NCBI GenBank assembly: GCA_905478245.1
Contig: CAJQHT010000009.1
Location: 1-61,466, forward strand
DNA: 61,466 nucleotides
Direction of reading: 5' to 3'
Source of the DNA: an uncultured Rickettsiales bacterium
GTDB taxonomy: Bacteria; Pseudomonadota; Alphaproteobacteria; Rickettsiales; UBA1997
The position numbers and the translations under genes were made by a program. The notes below the pieces were generated by a model. The model was not told the origin of the DNA. It worked only from the letters and a program-made list of their open reading frames with translations, and did no database searches. Position 1 is the first letter of the stretch. Each line of letters starts with the position of its first letter. Shown one piece after another: positions 19,300 to 29,301 of this stretch.

Positions 19300-20588
19300 T
19301 AATTAGAACTTCTAAGATTTTGCCAATAATTTATTCTTTTTGATATTTCTCTTTCAAAACCTCTATTATTTGGACGATAATAATTTGGTCTTTGCTTGGT
19401 TTTTTCTAACATTTCGCCGGGAAAATATTCTTGACCAGAAAAACAATGAATGGTATCATGGTCGTAAATATAATTCTCTTTAAAGCCTTGATCCTTCATA
19501 AATTTAGTTGGAGCATTTAAAATATGCTTAGGTGGAGAGAAATTATTATAAATTTTAGCATCACTAAAGGCTTCTTTATGGGCTTTATAGCAAGCATTTG
19601 ACTTAGGTGCAGTAGCGCAATATATAGCTGCATTTGAAATTGCATAATCCCCCTCGGGAGATCCTAAAAAATCATAGGCTTCTTTTGCGGCAATTGCCTG
19701 CAATAACGCATTTGGATCAGCATTACCAATATCTTCACTAGCAAAACGTACTATTCTTCTTAAAATGTAATGCGGATTCTCGCCAGCTGCCATCATTCTA
19801 GCCAAATAATAAAGAGCTGCATTTACATCAGATCCTCTTAAGGATTTATGAAAAGCACTAATTAAACCATAATGACCATCTTTATCTTTATCATAATTTG
19901 CTGATTTCTTTTGCACCAGCTCTAATAATTGATTTCTATCTATTTCTTGCTTTAAATTATAATTAGATAATTCTTCACATAAATTAATTAAATATCTAGC
20001 ATCCCCGCAGCATAATGTGACTAATTCTTTTTTTGCTTCTAAATTAAGTGGCAATTCTTTTTTAAAATATTTCTCGCATTTTTGAATTATTTCCATAAGA
20101 TCTTTTTCAGCTAATGCCTCTAAAATAACCACGCGACAACGTGAAAGAAGTGCAGAATTTAATTCAAAAGAAGGGTTTTCAGTAGTGGCTCCAATTAAAA
20201 TAATTGTACCATCTTCAATAAAAGGTAAAAATAGGTCTTGCTGAGATTTATTAAGATAGTGAATTTCATCTATAATTAAAATTGTGTCTCTTTTTTCAAA
20301 TTCCTTTCTATTTTTTGCATTTTCAAAGATTTTACGAAACATAGAGCTGTTAGAATTTGTTGCTAGCAATATTTCAACATAATAAGAGCCAATGTTAGCT
20401 AAATTTTTTGCAATTGTAGTTTTACCACAGCCGGCAGGACCATATAGAATAATTGACGGAACTTTACCGACCTCCATCACTGCAGATATAATGCCAGAAT
20501 TACCAAATAAATGTTTCTGCCCTATTATATCACCAAAATCAATTGGTCGTAAAATCTCTGCTAATGGCTTGTTATTTATTTCATTCAT
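19299..20588 (-). CDS. rarA: Replication-associated recombination protein A (MgsA)
   Basis: PLAEILRP, GPAGCGKT, DEIH, GATTENP, SAFHKSLRGSD, ASEDIG. Confidence 0.95.
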   Translation of the reverse strand: MNEINNKPLAEILRPIDFGDIIGQKHLFGNSGIISAVMEVGKVPSIILYGPAGCGKTTIAKNLANIGSYYVEILLATNSNSSMFRKIFENAKNRKEFEKRDTILIIDEIHYLNKSQQDLFLPFIEDGTIILIGATTENPSFELNSALLSRCRVVILEALAEKDLMEIIQKCEKYFKKELPLNLEAKKELVTLCCGDARYLINLCEELSNYNLKQEIDRNQLLELVQKKSANYDKDKDGHYGLISAFHKSLRGSDVNAALYYLARMMAAGENPHYILRRIVRFASEDIGNADPNALLQAIAAKEAYDFLGSPEGDYAISNAAIYCATAPKSNACYKAHKEAFSDAKIYNNFSPPKHILNAPTKFMKDQGFKENYIYDHDTIHCFSGQEYFPGEMLEKTKQRPNYYRPNNRGFEREISKRINYWQNLRSSN

Positions 20589-20732
20589 TAATTAGTTGAT
20601 AATTTGAAATTTATTTATTAAAATATTTTTTTATAATTCAACTTTAATAAATCTTTTAAAACAAGACATCCTTTTAAAGAAAAGCAAGGAAGCTAAAAAT
20701 ATAAATTTATCCAATATTAATTCTAAATAAGA

Positions 20733-21278
20733 ATGAGTAAAGCAATTTCTAAAAATAACAAGGAAAAAATACCAGATAAATCTAAAAGAGATTTTGTTAC
20801 CACAACTGCCTACGCAACAGCCGGAGTAGGAGCTGCCTGCCTAGCACTACCAATGATTGATTCAATGAATCCAGCAGCCGATGTTGCCGCCCTTGCCTCT
20901 GTAGAAGTCAATATTTCAAATATTAAAATTGGCGAAGAGAAAAAAATTATGTGGCGCGGAAAACCCATTTTTATCAAAAGAAGATCAGAATCTGACATAA
21001 AATCAGCTCAAAACACTGCTTTAGAAGAATTAAAAGACCCTCAAACAGATGCTGATAGAGTTAAAAAAGACAAAGAAGAATGGCTTGTTACAATTGGCAT
21101 ATGCACTCATTTAGGCTGTGTACCAATGGGAAATGCCGGTGAATATAAGGGTTGGTTTTGCCCTTGTCACGGTTCAGTTTACGACACTTCAGGACGCATC
21201 AGAAAAGGCCCTGCACCAAAAAATCTTGAAATACCCCCTTATCAATTTCTTGATAATAATACAATTAAAATAGGATAA
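20733..21278 (+). CDS. petA: Ubiquinol-cytochrome c reductase Rieske subunit
   Basis: Tat-like KRDF; CTHLGC; CPCHGS. Confidence 0.97.
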   Translation: MSKAISKNNKEKIPDKSKRDFVTTTAYATAGVGAACLALPMIDSMNPAADVAALASVEVNISNIKIGEEKKIMWRGKPIFIKRRSESDIKSAQNTALEELKDPQTDADRVKKDKEEWLVTIGICTHLGCVPMGNAGEYKGWFCPCHGSVYDTSGRIRKGPAPKNLEIPPYQFLDNNTIKIG

Positions 21279-21280
21279 TT

Positions 21281-22522
21281 ATGGCCGGAAAAATTGAAAA
21301 TGACTTAGAAAAAAGCTTAGTTGAAACATCTAAGACTGCAAAATGGATCAACGATAGACTACCAATAATTTCTTTTATTGAAAATACCTTCTTAAAACAC
21401 CCATATCCAAAAAATTTAAGTTATTTTTGGAATTTTGGCTCAATACTCGGCATAGCATTACTTGTACAAATAATCACTGGAATTTTACTTTCCATGCATT
21501 ATATTCCAAACACTGAAATGGCCTTTGAATCGGTGGAACACATCATGAGAGACGTTAGATATGGCTGGCTTTTACGCTATGCTCACGCTGTTGGTGCTTC
21601 CATGTTTTTTGTGGCAGTTTATATTCATATGGGTCGCGGATTATTCTTTGGTTCCTATAAAGCTCCTCGAGAACTAATCTGGTGGTTTGGTATTATTATC
21701 TTCTTACTTATGATGGCAACTGCATTTATGGGCTATGTTCTACCTTGGGGTCAAATGAGCTTTTGGGGCGCTACGGTCATAACCAATCTATTCTCTGCTA
21801 TTCCTGTAATTGGAGAATCAATAGTAACATGGCTTTGGGGTGGTTATTCGGTTGATAATCCAACTTTAAACCGCTTCTTTGCTTTACATTACTTACTACC
21901 ATTCATAATTGTAGCAATGGTATTACTTCACCTTATAACATTACATAAATCAGGATCAGCTAATCCCAGCGGCGTTGAGATTAAAACCAAAAAAGACATT
22001 ATACCTTTTCATCCATATTTTACCATTAAAGACATCTTAGGATTTTGTGTATTTTTTATAATATTTGGCTATTTTCTATTCTTTTATCCAAACGCATTAG
22101 GACATCCAGATAATTACATACCAGCTAATCCAATGGTTACTCCAGCTCACATTGTTCCAGAATGGTATTTTTTACCTTTTTATGCAATTTTAAGAGCAAT
22201 ACCAGATAAATTAGGTGGTGTTTTAATGATGTTTGGCTCAATTATGATATTATTTGTTTTACCTTGGCTGGATACCAGTAAAGTAAAAAGTGGAATCTAC
22301 AGACCGGTATTTAAATGGGTTTATGCTGTTTTTGTTGTTAATTTTATTATTTTAGGGTGGTTAGGTCAAGCTCCAGCCGAGGGGGTCTACATTATAGCAT
22401 CCAGAATAGCAACATTTTATTACTTTGCTTACTTCTTGCTAATTTTACCTTGGCTTGGAAAAAATGAAAAAACTTTACCCCTGCCAGAATCAATTGATGC
22501 GGATTATAAAAAACATCATTAA
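21281..22522 (+). CDS. petB: Cytochrome b
   Basis: [22 protein letters not shown]. Confidence 0.98.
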   Translation: MAGKIENDLEKSLVETSKTAKWINDRLPIISFIENTFLKHPYPKNLSYFWNFGSILGIALLVQIITGILLSMHYIPNTEMAFESVEHIMRDVRYGWLLRYAHAVGASMFFVAVYIHMGRGLFFGSYKAPRELIWWFGIIIFLLMMATAFMGYVLPWGQMSFWGATVITNLFSAIPVIGESIVTWLWGGYSVDNPTLNRFFALHYLLPFIIVAMVLLHLITLHKSGSANPSGVEIKTKKDIIPFHPYFTIKDILGFCVFFIIFGYFLFFYPNALGHPDNYIPANPMVTPAHIVPEWYFLPFYAILRAIPDKLGGVLMMFGSIMILFVLPWLDTSKVKSGIYRPVFKWVYAVFVVNFIILGWLGQAPAEGVYIIASRIATFYYFAYFLLILPWLGKNEKTLPLPESIDADYKKHH

Positions 22523-22537
22523 ATTGAATTAATATTT

Positions 22538-23305
22538 ATGAAAAATTTACTAAAAATAATATTTATATTCTTAGCTTTTAATGCAAATGTTTTAGCATCT
22601 GGCGGTGAGAATTCAGCCCTAAAACCAAAACAATTAAAATGGGAATTTGATGGTTTCTTTGGTCGCTTCGACAAATCCTCAATTCAAAGAGGTTTTCAAG
22701 TTTATAAAGAAGTTTGCTCATCTTGCCATGGAATGAAATTATTCTCCTATAGAAATCTTGAAGCAGCTGGTTTCGATAAAGAAGAGGTAAAACAAATAGC
22801 TTCTGAATATCTTATTATGGATGGCCCTAATGATGAAGGTGAAATGTTTGAAAGATTAGCTTTACCATCAGATAAATTTGTTGGACCATTCGAAAATGAC
22901 AACGCTGCCAGAGTAGCAAATGGAGGGGCGCTTCCTCCCGATTTATCCCTTATAACTAAATCCAGACCAGACGGACCAAATTATATATATTCACTAATCA
23001 GAGGCTATAAAAAAGCTCCGGAACATTTTGAACTAACAGAAGGAAAATATTATAATCCTTATTTTGAGGGCAGACAAATTGGCATGATGCCACCATTAGA
23101 AGATGATGAAATAGTTGAATATCAAGACGGAACTTACGCTACAAAAGAGCAAATGACAATAGATATTGTTAATTTCCTGCAATTCGTAGCCGAAGGAGAA
23201 ATGGAGGCCAGAAAAAAAATGGGTATAAGATCCACTTTATTCTTAATTATATTAACCATATTATTTGCAATTGCCAAAAGAAGAGTTTGGAGTAAAGTAA
23301 AATAA
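22538..23305 (+). CDS. petC: Cytochrome c1
   Basis: Signal peptide, CSSCH, PPDLS, C-terminal TM helix. Confidence 0.96.
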   Translation: MKNLLKIIFIFLAFNANVLASGGENSALKPKQLKWEFDGFFGRFDKSSIQRGFQVYKEVCSSCHGMKLFSYRNLEAAGFDKEEVKQIASEYLIMDGPNDEGEMFERLALPSDKFVGPFENDNAARVANGGALPPDLSLITKSRPDGPNYIYSLIRGYKKAPEHFELTEGKYYNPYFEGRQIGMMPPLEDDEIVEYQDGTYATKEQMTIDIVNFLQFVAEGEMEARKKMGIRSTLFLIILTILFAIAKRRVWSKVK

Positions 23306-23321
23306 CCAATAATTAAAAATT

Positions 23322-23861
23322 ATGTCATTTAAATTTGAAAAAGAAAATTTAAAAAAAGTAGCAGATATTCTAAAAAAATATCCAGAAAATAGAAAAAAAT
23401 CTGCTGTAATGCCTTTGCTCGACTTAGCTCAAAGACAAAATGCCAATCATATCACGAAGGAAATAATCTCTTATATCGCTTCAATGCTTGATATGGCAGA
23501 AATCAGAGTCTATGAGGTGGCAACATTTTACTCAATGTATAATTTAAAACCAGTTGGTAAATATTTATTACAAATCTGCGGCACAACACCTTGCATGCTA
23601 AGAGGAAGCGCAGATTTAATCAAATTATGCAAAGAAAAATTTAATATTGGTCTAAATGAAACTTCAAATGATAAATATTTTACCTTAAAAGAAGTTGAAT
23701 GTTTAGGAGCCTGTGTTAATGCTCCCATGGTTCAAATTAATGATGATTATTATGAAGATTTAAATGTCGAAAACTTTGAAGCAATATTAAATAATTTAAA
23801 AAGCGGGAAAGCTGTTAAAATAGGATCCCAAACTAATAGACAATGCTCAAAATCAATTTAA
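23322..23861 (+). CDS. nuoE: NADH-quinone oxidoreductase subunit E
   Basis: EVATFY, CGTTPC, ECLGACVNAP [2Fe-2S] ligands. Confidence 0.95.
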   Translation: MSFKFEKENLKKVADILKKYPENRKKSAVMPLLDLAQRQNANHITKEIISYIASMLDMAEIRVYEVATFYSMYNLKPVGKYLLQICGTTPCMLRGSADLIKLCKEKFNIGLNETSNDKYFTLKEVECLGACVNAPMVQINDDYYEDLNVENFEAILNNLKSGKAVKIGSQTNRQCSKSI

Positions 23862-23876
23862 ACAATTTAACTAATT

Positions 23877-25415
23877 ATGAAATCTAATAATTTAAGCAAA
23901 TTAGCAACAAAAAGAGTTGAAGCCACAATGGGTGGTGGTAAAGATCGAATCAAAATTCAACATTCAAAAGGAAAGCTAACCGCTAGAGAAAGAATAGAAG
24001 TTCTCCTAGATCCAAATTCATTTGAAGAATATGGCCTGTATGTTGAACATAGATGTAATGATTTTAATATGGAGAAAAAGAAACATGCTGGCGACGGTGT
24101 TGTTACTGGTCAAGGAACAATAAATGGTCGATTAGTTTTTGTTTATAGTCAAGATTTTACAGTTATGGGAGGATCTCTTGGTGAGGCTCATGCAAAAAAA
24201 ATCTGTCGCATCATGGATAAAGCTGTCACAGTAGGAGCTCCAATAATTGGTATTAATGATTCCGGAGGAGCTAGAATACAAGAAGGTGTCGATTCCCTTG
24301 GCGGCTTTGGTGATATTTTTCAAAAAAATATTGATGCCAGCGGAGTTGTGCCTCAAATCTCATTAATCATGGGGCCATGTGCTGGTGGCTCGGTATACTC
24401 ACCAGCTTTGACTGATTTTGTTATAATGGTCGAAAAATCATCTTACATGTTTGTAACTGGTCCTGATGTAGTAAAAACAGTTACCCATGAAGACATAACT
24501 CAGGAAGATTTAGGTGGAGCCAAGGTTCACACTGAGAAAAGCGGAGTAGCTCATTTGGCTTTTAAAAGCGACATCGAAGCTTTACTTCAAGCAAGAAGAT
24601 TAATTAATTTCCTACCTTTATCCAACAAAGATAAAGTTCCAGAAGTTCCAAATTCAGATACAGCAGATCGCCTAGATGTTTCTCTTGATACATTAATTCC
24701 TGATAATTCAAACCAACCTTATGATATGGGTGAATTAATCGAAAAAATTGTTGATGAAGGAGACTTTTTTGAAATACAGCCAAATTACGCCAATAATATT
24801 ATTATCGGCTTTGGCAGATTAGAGGGTAGTACCGTAGGTATTATAGCGAATCAACCAATGAATCTAGCGGGATGCCTCAATATTGAGGCCAGCGAAAAAG
24901 CAGCGCGCTTTATCAGATTTTGTGATTGCTTTAATATTCCAATAGTTACTTTTGTTGACGTTCCAGGTTTCTTGCCAGGTAAAGATCAAGAGCATAACGG
25001 CGTCATTCGTCACGGTGCCAAACTTTTATATGCTTATGGCGAAGCTACTGTGCCAAAGATTACAGTAATTGCTCGAAAAGCCTATGGTGGTGCTTATATT
25101 GTTATGAATTCCAAACATTTAAAGGGTGATATAAATTACGCTTGGGCCGATGCTCAAATTGCAGTAATGGGGCCAGAAGGGGCTGTAGAGATTATCTCTA
25201 GAAAAGAAATTAAAGAAAATCCAAATTCAAAAGATCAAATAGTTAATGATTATAGAGAGAAATTTGCCTCACCTTTTGTAGCAGCTTCTCGTGGATTTTT
25301 AGATGAAGTCATAAGACCTAGAAATACTAGAAAAAGAATCTGTAAATCTTTGCAAATTCTAAAAAATAAAGAAGTAACAAAGCCTTGGAAAAAACACGAT
25401 AACCTACCTTTGTAA
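23877..25415 (+). CDS. pccB: Propionyl-/acyl-CoA carboxylase beta subunit
   Basis: [40 protein letters not shown]. Confidence 0.93.
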   Translation: MKSNNLSKLATKRVEATMGGGKDRIKIQHSKGKLTARERIEVLLDPNSFEEYGLYVEHRCNDFNMEKKKHAGDGVVTGQGTINGRLVFVYSQDFTVMGGSLGEAHAKKICRIMDKAVTVGAPIIGINDSGGARIQEGVDSLGGFGDIFQKNIDASGVVPQISLIMGPCAGGSVYSPALTDFVIMVEKSSYMFVTGPDVVKTVTHEDITQEDLGGAKVHTEKSGVAHLAFKSDIEALLQARRLINFLPLSNKDKVPEVPNSDTADRLDVSLDTLIPDNSNQPYDMGELIEKIVDEGDFFEIQPNYANNIIIGFGRLEGSTVGIIANQPMNLAGCLNIEASEKAARFIRFCDCFNIPIVTFVDVPGFLPGKDQEHNGVIRHGAKLLYAYGEATVPKITVIARKAYGGAYIVMNSKHLKGDINYAWADAQIAVMGPEGAVEIISRKEIKENPNSKDQIVNDYREKFASPFVAASRGFLDEVIRPRNTRKRICKSLQILKNKEVTKPWKKHDNLPL

Positions 25416-25442
25416 AATAATAAAGAATAGATTGCATCATAC

Positions 25443-25501
25443 TGTATCATTTTGATACAGTATGTATTAATTTAATACATATTATGTATCATTTTACTAC
25501 A
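25443..25501. repeat. Triplet of TGTATCA-N3-TGATACA palindromes
   Basis: TGTATCATTTTGATACA (25443), TGTATTAATTTAATACA (25463), TGTATCATTTTACTACA (25485); between convergent pccB and ompR. Confidence 0.8.
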
Positions 25502-25517
25502 TAACTTAACGCTGAAT

Positions 25518-26186
25518 CTATTTCTGCAAAATATAACCATGACCACGCACAGTTTGTAAAAAATTTGGCTGTTTTGGGTTATCTTCTATTTTACGGCGCA
25601 AGCGCGTAATTTGCACATCTATACTTCTTTGATCAACATTGTTACAAGATTTAGATAATTCATCTCGTGAAATTTTCTTACCCAAATTCTGACAAAGAAT
25701 TTTTAAAATATTCGCCTCGCTTTCAGTAATATGAATATAATCATCATTCTTTTTTAACCTCACATCCTCTGAATTAAAAATAAAATTACCAAATTTATAA
25801 TTTGCAGATGTAAGATTATAAGATGTTTTTCTATTTAGAATATTTTTTATTCTTAGTAAAAGCTCTTTAGGCTCAAATGGTTTTGCCAAATAATCATCTG
25901 CTCCAGCTTCCAAGCCTTCAATTCTATCTTCAATCTCAGCCATGGCAGTTAACATTAAAATTGGTATTTTATTATTATTTTTTCTTAGATCCTTCGCAAA
26001 TTCAATACCGCTTAAATGAGGCATCATAACATCCAGCACTAAAATATCAAAATCCTTCTTATTAATAATTTCTTTTGCCTCTAGGGCATTTTTTGCTAGA
26101 TTAACAATAAAATTATTATCTTCTAGAAACTTACCTAAAAGGCTTCTTAGCCTAGTATCATCGTCTATAACAAGAATTTTATTCAT
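25518..26186 (-). CDS. ompR: OmpR-family response regulator
   Basis: IDDD, LDVMMP, GADDYLAKPF, RSIDVQITRLRRKIE, TVRGHGY. Confidence 0.9.
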   Translation of the reverse strand: MNKILVIDDDTRLRSLLGKFLEDNNFIVNLAKNALEAKEIINKKDFDILVLDVMMPHLSGIEFAKDLRKNNNKIPILMLTAMAEIEDRIEGLEAGADDYLAKPFEPKELLLRIKNILNRKTSYNLTSANYKFGNFIFNSEDVRLKKNDDYIHITESEANILKILCQNLGKKISRDELSKSCNNVDQRSIDVQITRLRRKIEDNPKQPNFLQTVRGHGYILQK

Positions 26187-26358
26187 GATTTATAAAAATA
26201 TTTATTTTAAATTAATAATTACTATCTTATAATGTAATTAAATTCACCTTTAAAATGATTAATATTTTACCATTTAAAAATCATTCACGAAGTAAATCCT
26301 GATATTATTATAAAAATACCAGGAATAAATGTAAACTAATATATCTTAATTAATTAAA

Positions 26359-27243
26359 ATGCTCAATAAAATAATAGATGGAAAATCTATAGCCGCTGAT
26401 TTACAAAAAAACATTGCAATTGAAGTAGAAAAAATTAAAAAAGATTATGCAATTATACCATCTTTAGCAGTAATCTTAATAGGAAACGATCCTGCAAGTA
26501 AGGTTTACGTTGGCAGTAAGGAAAAAGCGGCTCACAAAATTGGCATGAATTCCATTACCTATAAATTATCTTCTGATATTACACAAGAAGAGCTAATTAA
26601 CAAAATCGAAGAATTAAATAATAATAATAAAATACATGGTATTTTAGTACAATTACCCCTTCCTAAACATATTAATACAAACACCATTATTCACACCATT
26701 GATCCTAAAAAAGATGTAGATGGATTTCACGTAATTAATGTAGGAAAATTATCAATTGGTCAAATCTCTGGTCAAGACAAAGCCTTAATACCATGCACAC
26801 CCCAAGGATGTCTTCATTTAATGAAATCGGCACTTGGCAACGATTTAAAAGGCCTGGATGCCTTAGTAATAGGTACCTCTAACATTGTTGGCAGGCCATT
26901 AGCTCGCTTACTAATGCTTGAAAAATGCACCGTAACCATAGCCAATTCAAGAACAAAAAATCTCAAAGAAAAATGCTTAAATAGCGACATAATAATAAGC
27001 GCGACAGGAGTATCCAACCTCATCACTTCAGATATGGTAAATGAAAATACAACTATTATTGATGTTGGAATTAATCGCATAACCTTAGAAGACGGTACCA
27101 GTAAATTAGTTGGAGACGTTAATTTCAGTGAATTAATAAAAAAGGTAAAATTTATAACCCCGGTTCCAGGAGGTGTTGGCCCTATGACTATTTCTTATTT
27201 ACTAAAAAATACCTTAGAATCTTGTAAAAAATTTATAACTTAA
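26359..27243 (+). CDS. folD: Methylenetetrahydrofolate dehydrogenase/cyclohydrolase
   Basis: YVGSK, GILVQLPLP, KDVDG, PCTP, TPVPGGVGPMT. Confidence 0.97.
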   Translation: MLNKIIDGKSIAADLQKNIAIEVEKIKKDYAIIPSLAVILIGNDPASKVYVGSKEKAAHKIGMNSITYKLSSDITQEELINKIEELNNNNKIHGILVQLPLPKHINTNTIIHTIDPKKDVDGFHVINVGKLSIGQISGQDKALIPCTPQGCLHLMKSALGNDLKGLDALVIGTSNIVGRPLARLLMLEKCTVTIANSRTKNLKEKCLNSDIIISATGVSNLITSDMVNENTTIIDVGINRITLEDGTSKLVGDVNFSELIKKVKFITPVPGGVGPMTISYLLKNTLESCKKFIT

Positions 27244-27249
27244 TATAGA

Positions 27250-27963
27250 ATGAAAAAAAATAAAAATAACGAAAACGAAACAGATTTCACCTCTAAAGAA
27301 ATTGAAGAGAGAATGATAATGCGCCAAATGAAAGAGGACATCAGAAAAGAGAAAATACGCGCTATTTTAGCAAAATATAGAAAAAAAATTATTGCTATTT
27401 CTTCTATAGCCATTTTAATTATTTCAACTTTTATATTTTATGAAATTTATGAACATAATAAAAGCGTCAAATATTCAAAGCTTCTACATCAAGTTCTTTT
27501 TCTAGAAAATACAGGGCAAAATGAGGATATTACACAAACATTACATAAAATATTCGAAGATCGCTCCGCTCCAAATTCTATAAAATCTCTTGCCCTAATG
27601 AAATACGGATCCAAATTAGTTGCAGAAAATAAAATAGAAGAAGCTGTTGAAACCTATATAAAAGCTAGTCAAATTAAGAATTCAGATCATTATTTTACAG
27701 ATCTAGCTGGATTATTAGCAATAAAATCCATGATTGATAGTGGTAATGTAGAATTTTATGATAAAATAAATGACCTAATATCAAAATTTGAAAAAGAAAC
27801 CATGGCATTAAAATCTTTTATCTTAGAGCAAAAAGCTATTTTCAACTGGATTCAAGGAGATAAAAAAGCAGCTTACGATATATTTTACAATTTATCGCTT
27901 GATGTTGAAGCTCCTAAGGCTTTAAAAAATAGAGCTCTAGAATTTAGCAAAATTGTAAAATAA
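27250..27963 (+). CDS. YfgM-like single-pass TPR-type membrane protein
   Basis: N-terminal TM plus helical periplasmic domain; conserved position upstream of bamB. Confidence 0.7.
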   Translation: MKKNKNNENETDFTSKEIEERMIMRQMKEDIRKEKIRAILAKYRKKIIAISSIAILIISTFIFYEIYEHNKSVKYSKLLHQVLFLENTGQNEDITQTLHKIFEDRSAPNSIKSLALMKYGSKLVAENKIEEAVETYIKASQIKNSDHYFTDLAGLLAIKSMIDSGNVEFYDKINDLISKFEKETMALKSFILEQKAIFNWIQGDKKAAYDIFYNLSLDVEAPKALKNRALEFSKIVK

Positions 27964-27997
27964 TATTAAATTCTTTACCCATGCTATTTTCCATCTA

Positions 27998-29293
27998 ATG
28001 AAAATGATTCATAAAATTATAAATTTTATTAAGATTGTACTATTTTTTACAATTTTAATCTCTTGCTCCAAAAAAGAACAAATTCAAGATGCTATTTCTA
28101 TTTTTCCAGATCTTAACATCATTCAACTAGATGATTCCCTAAAAGAAAAATCAATAAAACTACCCCAGCAGCAAGAAAATGACTCTTGGACAGGCAGAAG
28201 TAATATTGCTAATCTTCTAAATATTGAGAATTTCTCTTTTTCTGATAAAATTAATGATTCAGATTCATCTATTTATAGTTATAAATTTCTAGGCAAAAAC
28301 CATAGAGCGTCACCACCAATTATTCATAAAAATACCGCCTATTTAATTGATCATAAAGGCAGAATTACTTCCTTTGATTTAAAAAATAACAAAAAAAATT
28401 GGCAAATAAAACCATTTAAAACAAAATTTAAAAATGGAAAGATATATCTAAATAATGGTAAATTATTTGCCACTTCCGGCTATAATTATTTAGCAGCTAT
28501 CGATATTGAAAAAGAATCTGTTTTATGGTCCAAAAAAATTAACTCTTTAATCATTTCTGCGCCCATTGCCAGTAAAGAACAGGTTCTAGCAATCACCTCT
28601 GACAATAAAACATATGCTTTTAATGCAAATAATGGTAATATTAACTGGATTCATGAAGCGATCGATAAAAATACCGCAATCCTAGGAGCCTCTGATCCTG
28701 TTTTTTACAAAAATCATGTTTTTAGCTCTTATTCTTCTGGGGAAATATATGTTTTGAATCAAAAAAATGGAGAAATTGGCTGGTTTTATAATCTAAACAT
28801 CAATAAAGCAATTAATTCTGATTTTATTTTAAATGACATTGACAATGTCCCAATTATTAAAGACGATATTATTTACGCCGTTGGTAATGGCGGTCTAATG
28901 ATGGCCATTAAAATTAATAATGGCGCTGTTTTATGGAAAAGTAAAATAGCTTCAATTTCAGATTTCTGGATTGTAAATGATTTTATTTATTTAATTGATA
29001 GTGATAATAATTTATTATGTTTAGACAGAAAATTTGGCAAGGTTAAATGGCACGCTCAATTAGATAAGAATATTGATGATAAAATTACCTATCATGGTCT
29101 TATTATGGCTGGAGATAATTTAATTTTATCCAACTCAAATAAAGAAATACTATTAATCTCACCAAAAAACGGAGAAATTTTACAAAGAAAAAAATTCTGG
29201 AATAATTTTTATCACAGCCCAACTATTGCTAATAAGAAAATATATTTTAATATTTTGGGAAAATTTACCAATAAATTACTTATATTAGAATAA
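27998..29293 (+). CDS. bamB: BamB-like PQQ beta-propeller lipoprotein
   Basis: Lipobox LISC; repeated A...G...W propeller motifs. Confidence 0.75.
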   Translation: MKMIHKIINFIKIVLFFTILISCSKKEQIQDAISIFPDLNIIQLDDSLKEKSIKLPQQQENDSWTGRSNIANLLNIENFSFSDKINDSDSSIYSYKFLGKNHRASPPIIHKNTAYLIDHKGRITSFDLKNNKKNWQIKPFKTKFKNGKIYLNNGKLFATSGYNYLAAIDIEKESVLWSKKINSLIISAPIASKEQVLAITSDNKTYAFNANNGNINWIHEAIDKNTAILGASDPVFYKNHVFSSYSSGEIYVLNQKNGEIGWFYNLNINKAINSDFILNDIDNVPIIKDDIIYAVGNGGLMMAIKINNGAVLWKSKIASISDFWIVNDFIYLIDSDNNLLCLDRKFGKVKWHAQLDKNIDDKITYHGLIMAGDNLILSNSNKEILLISPKNGEILQRKKFWNNFYHSPTIANKKIYFNILGKFTNKLLILE

Positions 29294-29301
29294 TTCACAA
29301 A

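Noticed and set aside
20589-20732. CtrA boxes (TTAA-N7-TTAA) or other AT-rich motifs in intergenic regions
   Set aside because: Expected by chance at this AT content; cannot be supported without statistics.
25443-25501. Palindrome triplets as a mini-CRISPR or Tn7 ends
   Set aside because: Gaps of 3-5 bp are not spacers; the sites are symmetric palindromes, unlike TnsB sites; no tns genes; the DNA between the arrays is housekeeping.
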